Shown: one piece after another, positions 27,750 to 40,900 of the stretch | Layout: each line of letters starts with the position of its first letter | How positions within the stretch are numbered: the first letter of the stretch is position 1 | From: Lingula anatina | Taxonomy: Eukaryota > Animalia > Brachiopoda | Length of the DNA: 64,000 nt | Assembly (NCBI GenBank): GCA_051362555.1 | Contig: CM120640.1 | Location: forward strand, 40,216,788-40,280,787 | Direction of reading: 5' to 3' | Translations under genes and position numbers: made by a program | The notes under the pieces: model-generated | What the model saw: the letters and a program-made list of their open reading frames with translations, nothing else | What the model was told of the DNA's origin: nothing | Database searches by the model: none

Positions 27750-30700
27750 TAAATCTCAAGTTAGTTTGTTTTAGCTTATATAATTATCTCTCCCAATTGC
27801 ACAAGATGAAGGTGGCTATTAAATGCCTTGTCATTATTTGCTGCAAGTTAGTCATATATCCTTGGTACATAGACAGTGTCCACTGGACGCCAGTGTTAAG
27901 AGCTTCAGTGAAGTGATTTCATAAAGGGATGAACACCTAAACAGAAAGGAATGCAATGTGTCAAATTATTAGGAAAGAATCACAGATTGATAAAGATGAT
28001 AAGGTGCACCCATATTAGTCAAGGAGACTGGTTAAATGAGGCTAGATTTAAATTCAATGCTGATGCTTTATAACAATATATATGCGAGGCATTGTGGCTG
28101 ACAGAGCTCTGGCCATTTTCTTAATTTGGCAAGCAGTTTTTATATTTTGGTAATGTAGATGAATGCTCTAAGATGCAAAGATTATTTTCATGAAATTTAA
28201 TTTTTTTTCCAATAAAAGTTACAGCATATAAGATATTGAAAAACTCATGTTTGCATATTTTTGAACTTAAAAAATTATGTCCTTATATAAAAAAATAATA
28301 TGACAATGTAATTATTAGGAATCCTGGGATCTTCATTTTTTGAAAGATTGTTTTTTGTTTGTCTTTAATTTGTTATCTAGAACAAACAATTCAGTTACCA
28401 GTAAGATTTTTAATTTGTTGCAATGACAAAATTGTCAAACAGTATTAGTTTATCACAAATGACACCTTTACCAACACAGCAAAGTGGACCAAACTATTTT
28501 TCTGCTTGACCCCTAATGTATTCATGCATGTGTGTATGTAGTGAAGTAGATGGATACTGGGCAGCTTGGCAAAAAAGCCTGATGATTCATTTATCTTACC
28601 TTTATGGTATGAATACAGGCAGTTTGCTATTGGATGTTTGCAATAGGTGTGTTATATTCGAAAGCAGAAATACTTCAGTCGGTTGACCCATGTGTGTGTT
28701 CTATATTTAAAGAGTTGAACCCAGTGTACTGCACTTGGTGTTAAAAGAGGGATAATTAAGTTTTCTAGGGGAATAATACTCGCACTGATGTCTTCAGGTA
28801 AATTTACAAATGAGATATATAAATTAGTTCTTTCATGCTTTATTATAAAGCTATAATTACATTTATACAGAATGTTTTACCAGAGCCATCTGTAAATTTT
28901 ATGTGAATTTTGAATTCAAATTTTATATATCCCCAAATATGCGTTAAAACACTTTGTGCAATTTTTTGTATCATTACTCTTTTACACAAATTTATTTTTA
29001 TTTATTTTGTTTTATTATTATTTTTTTATTAGCCTCACAAATTTGATGTATTTTCAAATTGTAATCAGAAAAAAAAAAAGAAAATCGAGATAATTCCATA
29101 CCAGCATGATGCTGCTCCCATTTGGATGAGGCAGATTAAAATGTTTATTATTATTATTATCATCATTTTATGTAACGTTGATAATGATGTAATGTTATGT
29201 GATAAGTCTAAAATCATGATAATGGCAAAATGTTTTGATTATAAATATGGATTGTTAACAGAAACATACTGTGCTTAATTTTGAATTGTTTTAGATGAAA
29301 GGAGTTAAAATTGTATATTATACAACGGTGCTTTCTGTAAATATCATAACAAAAGAATATATTTTAAACACAAATGTTGCTTTTCCTTTTCAAAATTGAC
29401 ATTTCCATAGATTTAAGCAGATTGTTCAAGGCAAGAGAAAGCCCAGGAAATATGCAGCAGCTTAGTTTCATTAAATTTTGCTTAGCCTCTGGGAAATCAA
29501 TAGCCCGTTTTCATGGAATTCCCTTTGAGGATTCATATTTTGACAGCTATTTGTCAGCATCAAACCTTTGATAAATTGTGACAGTTTACAATAACTGTTG
29601 CCTTTTTAAGAAATCACATTTTTTCTGACATCTTCTGATTATACCATTTGATCATGTTGCAGATATGACAAAGACTACTTCTCAAAGACTAATTTACTCC
29701 ACGGTGCCTCATAGAATTGTCATATACTTCAGATACCTCATTAAAAATTTTCTGAACCCATCAATAGGTTCCAGTGGAACGATTCTGTAACAGTGTTACC
29801 ACCATCACAAAAATGGTTCCAAATTTGCTGTTATGTTATTATTTTCTGCCTTTAGTCTTAAGCGTTTAATTTGTCTTTACCCCTAATGATGCATTTCTTG
29901 TTTAAGTCAAGTTTGGTCAAATATTATAATTCAGCAGTTGGGTCACAGTGCTGAAAGTTCCTCAGATTTGAAGGAGCACTCAGCAAAAGAACAGTGTCTC
30001 AGTTACCCATGGGTCAAGAGGAACATTTTCTACATAACTTACTACACTTGTGATGAAGATAATGCTTTTTTCATATGTCATAACCAATTGAAATAATATT
30101 GTTTTACCCCATGAATGTAGCATATTTGATATGTTCTGTATATCAATAATTTGCCAAGAATGTTAAATAAATTATAGACATGAGGTTTCCTGGATGACTC
30201 ATCTTCGCAGTTAGTGTGTATACCAGCGTCAGCACTGGTAAAGTTAATGTCAGTTGGTTGCATAAAGCTTGGTTTTTTTTTCTCCTTGCAACAGGGAAGG
30301 GCCTTTTTTAGGAGAAGAGACCAGTATTTGTATTTAATTTATGTGGGTGTATTGTAATAAAATGTCAAATTCGAACGAATGTTACTTACATGTGCAAATG
30401 GTTTTAAAATGCAATTGTGAATTAAAGCAGTTTCAACTGGAGATGTCTGAATTACAGCATTTTAGCAGTGGTTTTGCACAAATCGGTGCCACAGTTTTTC
30501 AATGGCATTTTGACTTAAAGTTAAATGAAAACAAAATGGCCAAAGTGATGGTTAGATATATCTGTCTTTTTTCTTATGTTATTTGATATATTTGTTTCTT
30601 TTTTTGGTCATTATTTTTGCATTTTTATACTGATGTGCATTAGAAAATTTATACAAATTTGAGTTTTTAAGTTTTGCAAATTTAGACCCTTCTATTCTAA

Positions 30701-32448
30701 AAGAATGAAAAATAAAGAAGGGAAATCAGTGTGTATTTTGGAATGAATGGAATTAAGAATAAAGCAAACCAACTACACATGCAAACTCTCCCCATTTGTC
30801 TATTTACAATCTGTGCACTTTGTTAGACCTTAGGTTAACCAAAAGGTAAACTCAACTCTGTCCTTCTTTTGAAGTGTTGTTAACTAACTGCTTGCTGAAA
30901 GGGTTATGCTAGTAATTGATGGAATTTGTTGAAAAAAGTGTATCCCCAGCTTTAAATTGTCCTGTGACACAAGCACAAGATTCTCCCATTTTGTAACTAA
31001 TCTAATGAAAATTCATTGTTATAATAATAATTATTATTATTACCAGTATTTACTAATTAGCATTTATTTTTTGGTTGAATATAGTGGCAGTGATCCCAGA
31101 AGCCAAGTCTCCCATGATGTTTTGAGGAAAAGGAAACACATCCACCTATCCCAGTGATGAACTAGGTTTCACAACTTCTTGTAAAGACACAGGTTGTTCA
31201 AGTCAGCAACAGAAATAGCCCAGTGCCATAGAAAGACACCGAGAGAAATAACAGCCACCTTCAACCTTACTGAAACGAATGAAATGACACAAGATGGGGC
31301 ATGCCACCTACCACAATGGGGACTGGAAGAGTGAGGGATTAGACTGGGTTTTGAATAGTAAGTTTGGGTTACCACTGCTGTCATTCTGTGTTATCTTGGT
31401 TTTTTTAATACTAAGTAAATGAGTAAATAAGCCTACCTTAAGCAAATGTCTGAATCACTGGTTGTTCAGTGTGGTATTTGTAGTTTACTCTGAAAAACAT
31501 TTACCAAAGGTTTATAATAATTGCCATTTTATTTAAAAAGTGACAAAGTATACTTGTGCCTGCCATAGCAGATCTGTGTGTATAGTGGTTTTATGCTTAT
31601 TTTTTTTTTTAGATTTTTTTTTTTGTCAAAAAAGTACGCATATTTTGCTTGGTGATGGTATTCTTGTTTTACTGTTATACCCAATGACATATCATGTTGG
31701 CTTCAATATCTGTTATCTTTTAATGCAGAAGTAAAAGTGCTCAGTTTCAGCTCACTCCATTACTCTCTTAAATTAGTCTCTGGTACTAACTTTCATTTCT
31801 TATACTCCATGTGATCATTAAACTTGGATCAATACCTTTAATGATTGCACACCTAGACCTTACATGTATTGACTAAGTAAAACCGTTATTGATTAAAACA
31901 CAAAATTATCTCTCTTCTCCTTTACTGATATTAATGTGTCGTTTACGTGCATGTTGAAAACTGCGCTTGGCTAGAAATTGTCCCTAGGGCTGTGGTTCAC
32001 CCACCTCCCAAGTCTGTGTACTATATCATTTAAAAGTTGTGAATTGTTGTTGTATTGCATTGTGTACTTTCTTTTCACTTGCCAATATGTATTTGTAAAT
32101 GTGAAGCTTATTTTACAAAAGTAAGTATTAGAACCAAAATTTATAGCTGTCAACAATTGACATGAACAGTGTTGGAATGCTTATAAATGACAGTTTTATT
32201 TTTGCACTTTGATACATAAGTATGAATTTAATGAATAACATGTATTTCTTGAACCACTTACAGTGACACTGGAAATTACAGACAAGCTAATTTATCACTG
32301 TAAGAGGGGAAGGAAGAATAAAATTCTGCCAAACACTCGAATTTTTTCAAATTTGATATATATATTTTGTAAGGAAATAATAGTACAGTAGCCTTCTGTT
32401 CTTCCATCTTCCAGGCTGATAGAAAGAGAGAGAAACCACTACATAATA

Positions 32449-35400
32449 ATGAGTGTCCCACAGAAAAAACACATATGGGAGATGGCTACAGTTCAGGAAC
32501 TGGTGCAGCTTATACACAGTGACATGGAAAAGGTAAGGAGTACCAGAATTTGGGTTTTCTCACAGTTTTACTCATTCAGATTGAACTGTACATGGCCGAA
32601 GCCTAGGACAATAGATAATGGAGGATCAGTTGGAAAGAATGTCTTAATTTACACCAGGCCTGTGAAAAACCTCCAAACTGTCTTTACAAATCTGTAAAAT
32701 TCTTAGGGCAGTGAAAAATGTGATTAGCTTTGTATAAATTTGCATTTTTCTATGCAAGTTTACATAGACAGCCTGATATTATAGTAGAAATGTTTTAGAG
32801 AGTGTAAATTTTTGGGGTATGAACCATTGTTTAGTTTTCACATAACACAGTTGTCATAATCACTAACTGAGACACATTTTCCACTATTATCTACAAGCAT
32901 AAGTGGAATAGAAATAGAAAGATGAAAAAAGGTATATATGCAGTAAAAATGACATTGTTTCCTACTGGCCAAAACAGAGATGGCAGTGCAGGATCAGTAA
33001 TATAAAAAGACTTGCCACGCAGTTTGATCAATTTTAGGAATCTCTTTTTAATCAAGGGCAGAGGGGATTATATCACAGAAACTAAAGCCACATTCGGAAT
33101 ATGAACAAATAACTGGGCAAAAAGTAAATTGAAAACAAGGTACTGTCTAAGCAAGGGACTAAATATTCCTACAAGAAGACTGGATCTGAAAAATTCGGGG
33201 AAATATTTCACCCTGGCTTTGAATACCTTGTTCATTCAAAATGTATGTTGTTCTTCGATTTACCATATGAGCTGAGAGTTAAGCAGGATTTCACATATCC
33301 CAGTTTGAATGGTTTTTTGTCAGTACGTAGTTTTCGGATTCACCAGACGAATAAAAAATTACCTGTCATTTCTAGAATATTACTAGACATTTCATGTAAT
33401 GTTGTTAAAGAAAACTTAGGGAAAGTATTAGGGAAAACAGATCTTATGGATTTCCTATGAGTTGGCCTGGCAATTCTGAAGACCAGGTTTTCATAGATAC
33501 TATAACAACGTCACTTTTAGGTTTTTCCAGAAGGCCAGTTCTTTATTCTCTATTGAACTACCTTTATTTGCATTGGTGGAAGACTCCAGAAAAAGTGATA
33601 AGTAACCAAATAAACAGAGCATCTGTAGATGCTTGCACTCTTTGTAAAACAAACAGTCCCAATTGGAAAACCTGTAACTAAAACCAATTCAATATTGATG
33701 TTATAGTGCAGTTATTTATGAACATACTATACATTTACGCAGGGCTTTTCTCCCTTTCGGGGGCACTATTCTATAAGCGGAAGAATAAAAAAACACTCAA
33801 TCATTATTTCATTATGATTTATGGTTTAGAATTGCCCCAATAATATTACAGAATGCCCTACAGTAATCAATACAAATGAAGTATCAGGGAAAATGATGAT
33901 CATCGTTGGTATCTTGGTAGGGTGGGTGAGTAATTAATGGAAGAACTATCCATGGCAGCCATATATCACAAGGGTCATTATCTGACCATTGTGGTAGGAA
34001 AGAATAGAACAGCTATTGACCAGTAATTGTAGAAATAGTTCTAGATACTGTGTTTTGATCCCAGAGTGAAAAGATTGGACAGATAGTGGCATCTTTCTGT
34101 TATTGTTGCCCTTCATTTAACAAAATGTTTTTCCGTGCTTAGTCTTTTTGTTTGTTTATTTGTCTCATTTGGTGAATTGGTGTTGATGAGTTTTTTGTAA
34201 ATGGAAAAATCACTTTTTGCAGGGAAATGTTACCAGCTTTAAGCCTTTCTGTTCGAAATAGTATGACTTGAACTTTTTACTTTAATATCTTCTGCATTTA
34301 TCACAAGTGAACTTGCTAAGACTCATTCAGAAATATTGGGATCACACTGTCCAATCCGTGCACAGTAGAAACAACCCCAGGAAAGCCCAGTTAATAAGCT
34401 GAAGTGATGCATCCCGCTAGCAACAGGTTCAAGAAGGTTATAATTAGCGTCTACAGGTAGACATTAAATGCGTGGAATGGAGGAGATGCATGCTGAAATA
34501 TTCTTGGAATTGCTGAGAAAAAAAGCTTATTTGCCAGGAAACCAGCAGATTTGGTAGGTGATGGAGCGGATAATCTGATGTTTTTGTAACCCTGTGCAAT
34601 CATATAGATAACACCGATGGATAGGAAAAAAATCTTCAATCCTCAGCAGGCCTCTGGCGCAATAATCTCCCTTTCCTGTTGACCGTAGCATCAGTTACAG
34701 TGGGAGATTCCAATAGAGAACTCTTCACCTCAGAAACCACCAACTGCCAGAAAGAAACCGCATATTACATCACTCCCAGCAAGTCTGTAAGCAGAGATAA
34801 CTATCACCACACACAGGGGCTAATTGTACTTGGGATACTGTGCTAATTGACATTGAAGTGAAATTTGCCAATCATATTGGATTAAGTCTAGTGGAAAAAT
34901 GCTTTCAACATTGAATTGTGGGTTTAACAAAGCGTGCTCCCTCTCAGAATTTGAAATCAATTCTTAGAGACAGTGTGATTGTTGCTGAGGATGTGAAGTA
35001 TGGATGCCGTAGACAAACACTTGATACGTGAGAAGGGGGAGTGTGTAGCATAGCAAACACTCGGGATAGAAATAGAATGCCTGGGAAGAAAGAAGAAACA
35101 TTGATGCACAGAGAGCAAGAGAAAGAAAGTGCAGCCCTATAAGGTTGAGAATACTTGAATCCAGGGGAAAAATCTATGCAACTAAATGTCCTTGTTTTGA
35201 ACCGAGTGACCTCTGCACACAATTAAGTTTGCCATTCAATTGCACAGCTGTAGTGACCAAATTAAGTGACCATTGAAAAAGGAGAAAAAATTATCTAGTG
35301 TCATATCCTTTCAATTTTGTTTCTTTCAGCTCCTGATCATTGATAGCCGCTCGTTCCTGGAGTACAATACTTGTAACATAATCAATGCAGTGAATGTCTG

Positions 35401-37882
35401 CTGCTCCAAGTTGGTGAAGAGAAGACTACAGCAAGATAAGGTCAGTAACGATTACATTATTGACATAGATGTGAAGCCTTCCACACACATCAACTGGGGT
35501 TGATGTCACGAAAATGATGGAGACCTGTCAAATTTGTACTCTCCACCTTTGAAAATGTTGCATTTTCTTTGCCTAAATATCCTGCATAGCTATTTATCTT
35601 TCGCAATTCAGCCCTTAAAACAGTAAAGCCCTTCAATAATAGTTTCTGATCTTGATATTTCCATCTGACATATAGAGGCATACGTGGCACTCTAAGTGAC
35701 TCCCCATACCAATTGCTTGTCTTTATCGATAAGAAGAAAAATTAGACAATGCAATATTAAAAGGATGAAGATAGGTCTGGATTTTGCAATAGGAAGCAGT
35801 TGTGTCTGTTTGGCCTCTCACTATCTTGAGTGAGGAGCAACTACAATTTGGTGTGCTGCTCGCTCTTGTTTCAAGTAACTTATCTTTCCCATTGCTGTTG
35901 TGAAGATCAACAAGGACCCTCCTTCATTGTGAGTGGTGTTGAAAACTACCTCGTACAGTGAGTCAGTGCTACAGCAATGTCAAAGCAGTCGTAAAACTTC
36001 TGCTTCATAATCATTCTTACAAATATAAACACAACACGTCATACCTGCCCACTGAGAGAGTGTAGCAAGGTGTTAGTGTGAAGAAATTGGTTTTTTCATC
36101 GTCTCTAGCGTAATGATGGTAGAAAAATTGATATGTGGAACATGTGATTAAAGAATATGTGATTAAGGTAGTTTGATGAAGGGTTGAAACATCACACTTC
36201 ATAGTTAAAAAAAAACTGTCAAGAAACCTTTTTTTACTGAGGTGTTGTTAGATTAATTTTTTTACTTTGTTAAGAGAAAAGAGAAAGGAGTTGTTACAGA
36301 GAAAACCTACGAATGTTGATAAAATTATTTCTGTTGTTTAAATTCCCAGGATTCCCTGTTCTCAGGATGGTTGGTTCCAAAAGTTGTACTGAACATTTAA
36401 GAAGTTGCACTCTGTTTATCTTGAATGATTTGCTATCTGCCTTTAATGTGATTTTGGCGCATGAATTGCTGTTGTTCATTCATTTCATACTAAAATCTAC
36501 AGATTGTGTATCTGACATTTTCAGTCTGTATTACATTGTCAGCTGGTTTGACTTTTCTATCACACTCCCTTGAAAGATTCAGAAATGACATTTGACTTTG
36601 TAAAGGATTCCATGTCAGTTTCTTAGAACTCCTTGCATGATAATTGTGCCTTTCTCAATTAAATGACATCTTGTTAGCTTCAAGGTGTGTTTTGTGGTAA
36701 GTTACCAAAGGCGCATCTACCATCAGGCCATCTTGTTATAAAACATGGTGTGTTCTCCAGGCTTTAGCTGAAATTACAAGCATCTTGCACATGTTAATGC
36801 ATTTTTTTTTTGTTGCTCTTCAAGCATATCTGTTTAAAAGGCAAATCGTGTATCTGACTTGGGATAGAGTTATTTCCTACATCATAAATGGAAATGTTTA
36901 TTAGTGGTTTTGATTATCAGAAGAGATAATCCCATCATCCCTTGATATTTTTTTGAGATGAAATGAAAGATAGAATGTGTTCTGAAAAATTCAAATCATT
37001 CAGTAACATGATGTTAAAGGAAATGATATTCAACAGCTTAAAACTTAAACCGGAGTTAAAAATGTAAGTGATGAGATATAACTTGCATTTTTTTCACCTG
37101 AAGCAGCAAAACCCGTGTATAGAATATAAGTATGAATGAGATTAATCAAATTAGATTAAGAGATGTAGGGATGCACTTCTAGATACCGGATACATAAATT
37201 CTAATTAGTCTCTGAGGGGCAGTGCGAAGTGAGTCACTGGTGAAAAATGAACTGGAGGGCAGGTGGACTGTCCACCTGGCTCCAACCCTGCTGGTCAGCT
37301 CAGCTGCAGGACACCTGGAAAACCAATTCTGTAGGTGGCCCCAGGCACTAATTCCATGATTTAGATAAGATATAGATACAGCAGATTCCTAGAAGCCTGG
37401 ATAGAGGGAGCTTTTTGAAGTAGTAGCACTTCGGCCTAGACTGATTTCAGGGTTTTTGAGTCATTTTGTTTTTTGATTTCACTTAGAAGGGTGCATGTGC
37501 CCTGAGGGGAAAAGTTAGCCACATAAGATTTAACATGATGAATCATAAAAATATGCCTAAAAAGAGATTTTTAAAAGTGATATTTGACTTCTTGAAAATT
37601 CATGCATAAGTTTTAGAGTGATTGGGTTCTACTTGACTCATGACATAGGAATTGACCTGAGAGTGATTGTGTGTGCCTGACCCCTCTTGTCATGTCATTT
37701 AACCGCATGATACCCAGAAACCTAGTACCATGGCAGCAATTCACAGCATCCCAGCCATCCATCAACATACAACTGCCCTGTCACACACAGCACTTCATTG
37801 GAGTGTCCCAATTCATTTACCCCTTCATTAGTCACACCCTCTTCTGGTCAGACATGTGGTGAAAAGAATGGAGTATAGCATC

Positions 37883-37945
<63 letters not shown>

Positions 37946-40900
37946 CACGCATGTCACTATCAAACTTATCCTTGGTTCTACATGTGCTTGTGTTTCTTTT
38001 CTTATGTGTGTGGTTGTGTTTGTTGGATAGATGAGGTTTACTGCAATTCTTTATACTTTGATTTTTGAATTTCTTTTTGCTCTGTTACTCTCTGTGTGTG
38101 TCTTGACCATTCACGTGGATGTGTGTACTCATGCTTGCGTGTGCACTTCCCTGTACACTGATTGTGTCCTTATTGCTTTTGCTGTTTGTGTGTTGGCCCT
38201 GCAGAAGAATGTGTGCGGCAGATCTCCCCTGCTGCTTTCTGTATGTCTATTTGTGTGAGTAATGTTTTGACTTGCCTGACCACAAGCCACTTAAATAACA
38301 TGATATTCCTCTAGTGCACTCACACACAACCACCAGCAAACGCCACAGATATGATACCTAGTGTACTCAGAGAAATGAAAACAAAAGATTCCGTATCCAC
38401 ACATGTTGCAATGTTATTTGAAAGATGTGCAGTCTCTCTCGCTGCATGCTTATTATTACAGTAATGTTTCATTATCTGCCTTCTTTACATCAAGAGGGCT
38501 TGCTTCCAGGATATGTGTTCTTTGATAGTTTGAGATATCGATATTGCAAACACTGTGTATGTTTTTGGAACAAAACGGACTTCCATTAGAGGAGTAACTA
38601 AAGAACATTTGTTTTGTTGAAAAGAAACTCCTTGTATTACTTTCAGTTGTGCAGGGATGTTTTTCTTAGTTTACATCAATAATTCAATGACATTGCCGAT
38701 TGTGTGTGCACAGACATAACCAGGGCCTCGCAGAAAGCGCAAAAAGATTGCGTGTGAACTAAAACAAGCATGTCTTGAGGTGAACCCCGATAGTTGCACT
38801 CTGGAACACAAAACCAACTGAAACAGAAAAAGTGTTTGCCTACACTTTCGATCACCCAGGAATTATGTTTGCCATAGTTTTGTTACTTATCCCAGTGTTG
38901 CAATTATCCCAATGACCTGCTGGTGTGCTGGCGTCTCCCTGTCTTTTTAGTCCACACCCCGAAGGCACTCACTCACTGGGGGTAGATATACACACACACA
39001 CACACTGGTGAAGCGAAAATTTTCCAGGATAACGGTGACATTTCCCTTTTCATGTTGTGTCTATATAGCTCTGTATGTGTGTGACTCATCTATCATTTAG
39101 GCAAGTATATTGCGAAGGAAACAAAACCTGTTGTGGTAATTGTGGGAAATTCATTGGTGGTAAAGAAAATTGAAGTTTGATGCTGGAAAGGTTTACTTTT
39201 TTACCTCTTTGTTGTCTGTGGACAAGGGTGTCTGGCTGGACAGTCGTCTTTTGTGTGCAGTGTTCATTTCCCAAAATTTTTGATTAGGTTTTGAATTGCT
39301 TGGTAAAAATGATTGGGCCAAAAATAAAATATAATGGATAAATAGATAAATATAAAGAAGAAAGAAATGTAAGAAATGTTCACAATGTGGTACAAAGAAA
39401 AAATAATGACATACAATAAAAGTTGCACAAAAAATTAAAAAAAAAAAAGAAAAGAAAAAAGGGAAATATTTAAAATATTAGGAAATGAAAAAAAATTAGA
39501 TAAAAGTTTTTAGAAGTTTTGTAAGGATGCATTATTTTCAAGTTTGTTTAATTATATAATTTTAAAATTTCACTGCATGATGTAATTATGCATGGAAATG
39601 AGGTGAAAGAATTTGCAATGAAATTATGTTTTTCAATTCATTGAAAGGTAACTGTATAGCTGAACTGCATTGCAATTAATTAGGTTTTATATGCATTGTG
39701 ACTAATCAAGTGTAACTTATGCAACCGATCTGCTTTCACCAGCCCTTATTGTCCTAGGTGTGAATTGCAGGGGTCTTATTCGTGAGCTTGTTCTATAGAA
39801 AACAACCTCGGCGTCAACAGTATTGATTAACCTACCTACGGCAAACATGTTGCTTTCTAGAAAATAGTTTGTTTTTTCCTCCCCTTGATTGAGGCCGCAC
39901 ATTTAGTTGGGTTTTTGTCACAGACAGGTGCCCCTACATGGCCTGCCTCGCAACTAGAGTGTAAATCACTTCAAAATAATATCATCATCTGGTGGGTAAT
40001 CTTAATAATAATTGTTGCAGGGGATGATTAATATTCATCAGCATTGGTGAGTCATCCTTTCAAGCTACCTTGTTATTTGCTTTCCATGCAGGTCACTGTG
40101 CGAGAGCTGCTGTCACAAGCATGTGAGTTCGACTTGGACCAAGACTACCAGATTATAGTGTACGACCAGTGCACGGAGAACCCAGAGACCCTCACGGAGG
40201 ACTGCTTTCTGGTGGTGCTGCTCAAGAAATTGTCCGCTGCATTTAACAGCGTAAAAATGTTGAAAGGTAAGTGGGACTGTTTTTATCTCTCTGACGCAGA
40301 ACTTAGCTGCTTAGATGTACGTATAATAAGTGGTTGTATGCAATCTGTAATTTTCTTATCTGGTTGATAAGGTGACGAAAAGAGATTTGAACAATAATGA
40401 AGCACTTTGCAGTCTGTTCTCAGGTGCTTAATTGAAACATAAGTTTAGTTTCTAATAATTATTATGCAGTAATGGAAGGGAAGATTTTCTCATTTTGATG
40501 CAGCAACAGATTTTTTATGATAAAAGGAAATGTAATGATATTTCTGTTATCTGCAATTTTACATTATAATGGATATTTTTGATATTCAAATGGAACCACT
40601 GAAACACTGTATATTTAAAAAAAATTTGCTATCTGGGAAAATTAATTGTAGCATTTTTTCTTTGCACATTTATATCATGAGCGCAATGAAAACCTCTGCA
40701 GCACATACTGAATATGAGATTAAATCCTTTATTATGGTCATAATGATAATAGAGATGAAAGGATTTAAGCAATTTTGCCACCATATGCCTGTCTCATTAT
40801 ATATTGACTCATCCTTGCCCAACTTTGAGACTGACCTCAGTCAAAAGCAATTTATGGGAAATTGTTACCAGTTTCAGGGGCTTGGCTGTTGTTTATCCTG

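Noticed and set aside
37856-38258. Cys/Val-rich ORFs
   Set aside because: These are translations of the (TG)n microsatellite and its TG-rich flank.
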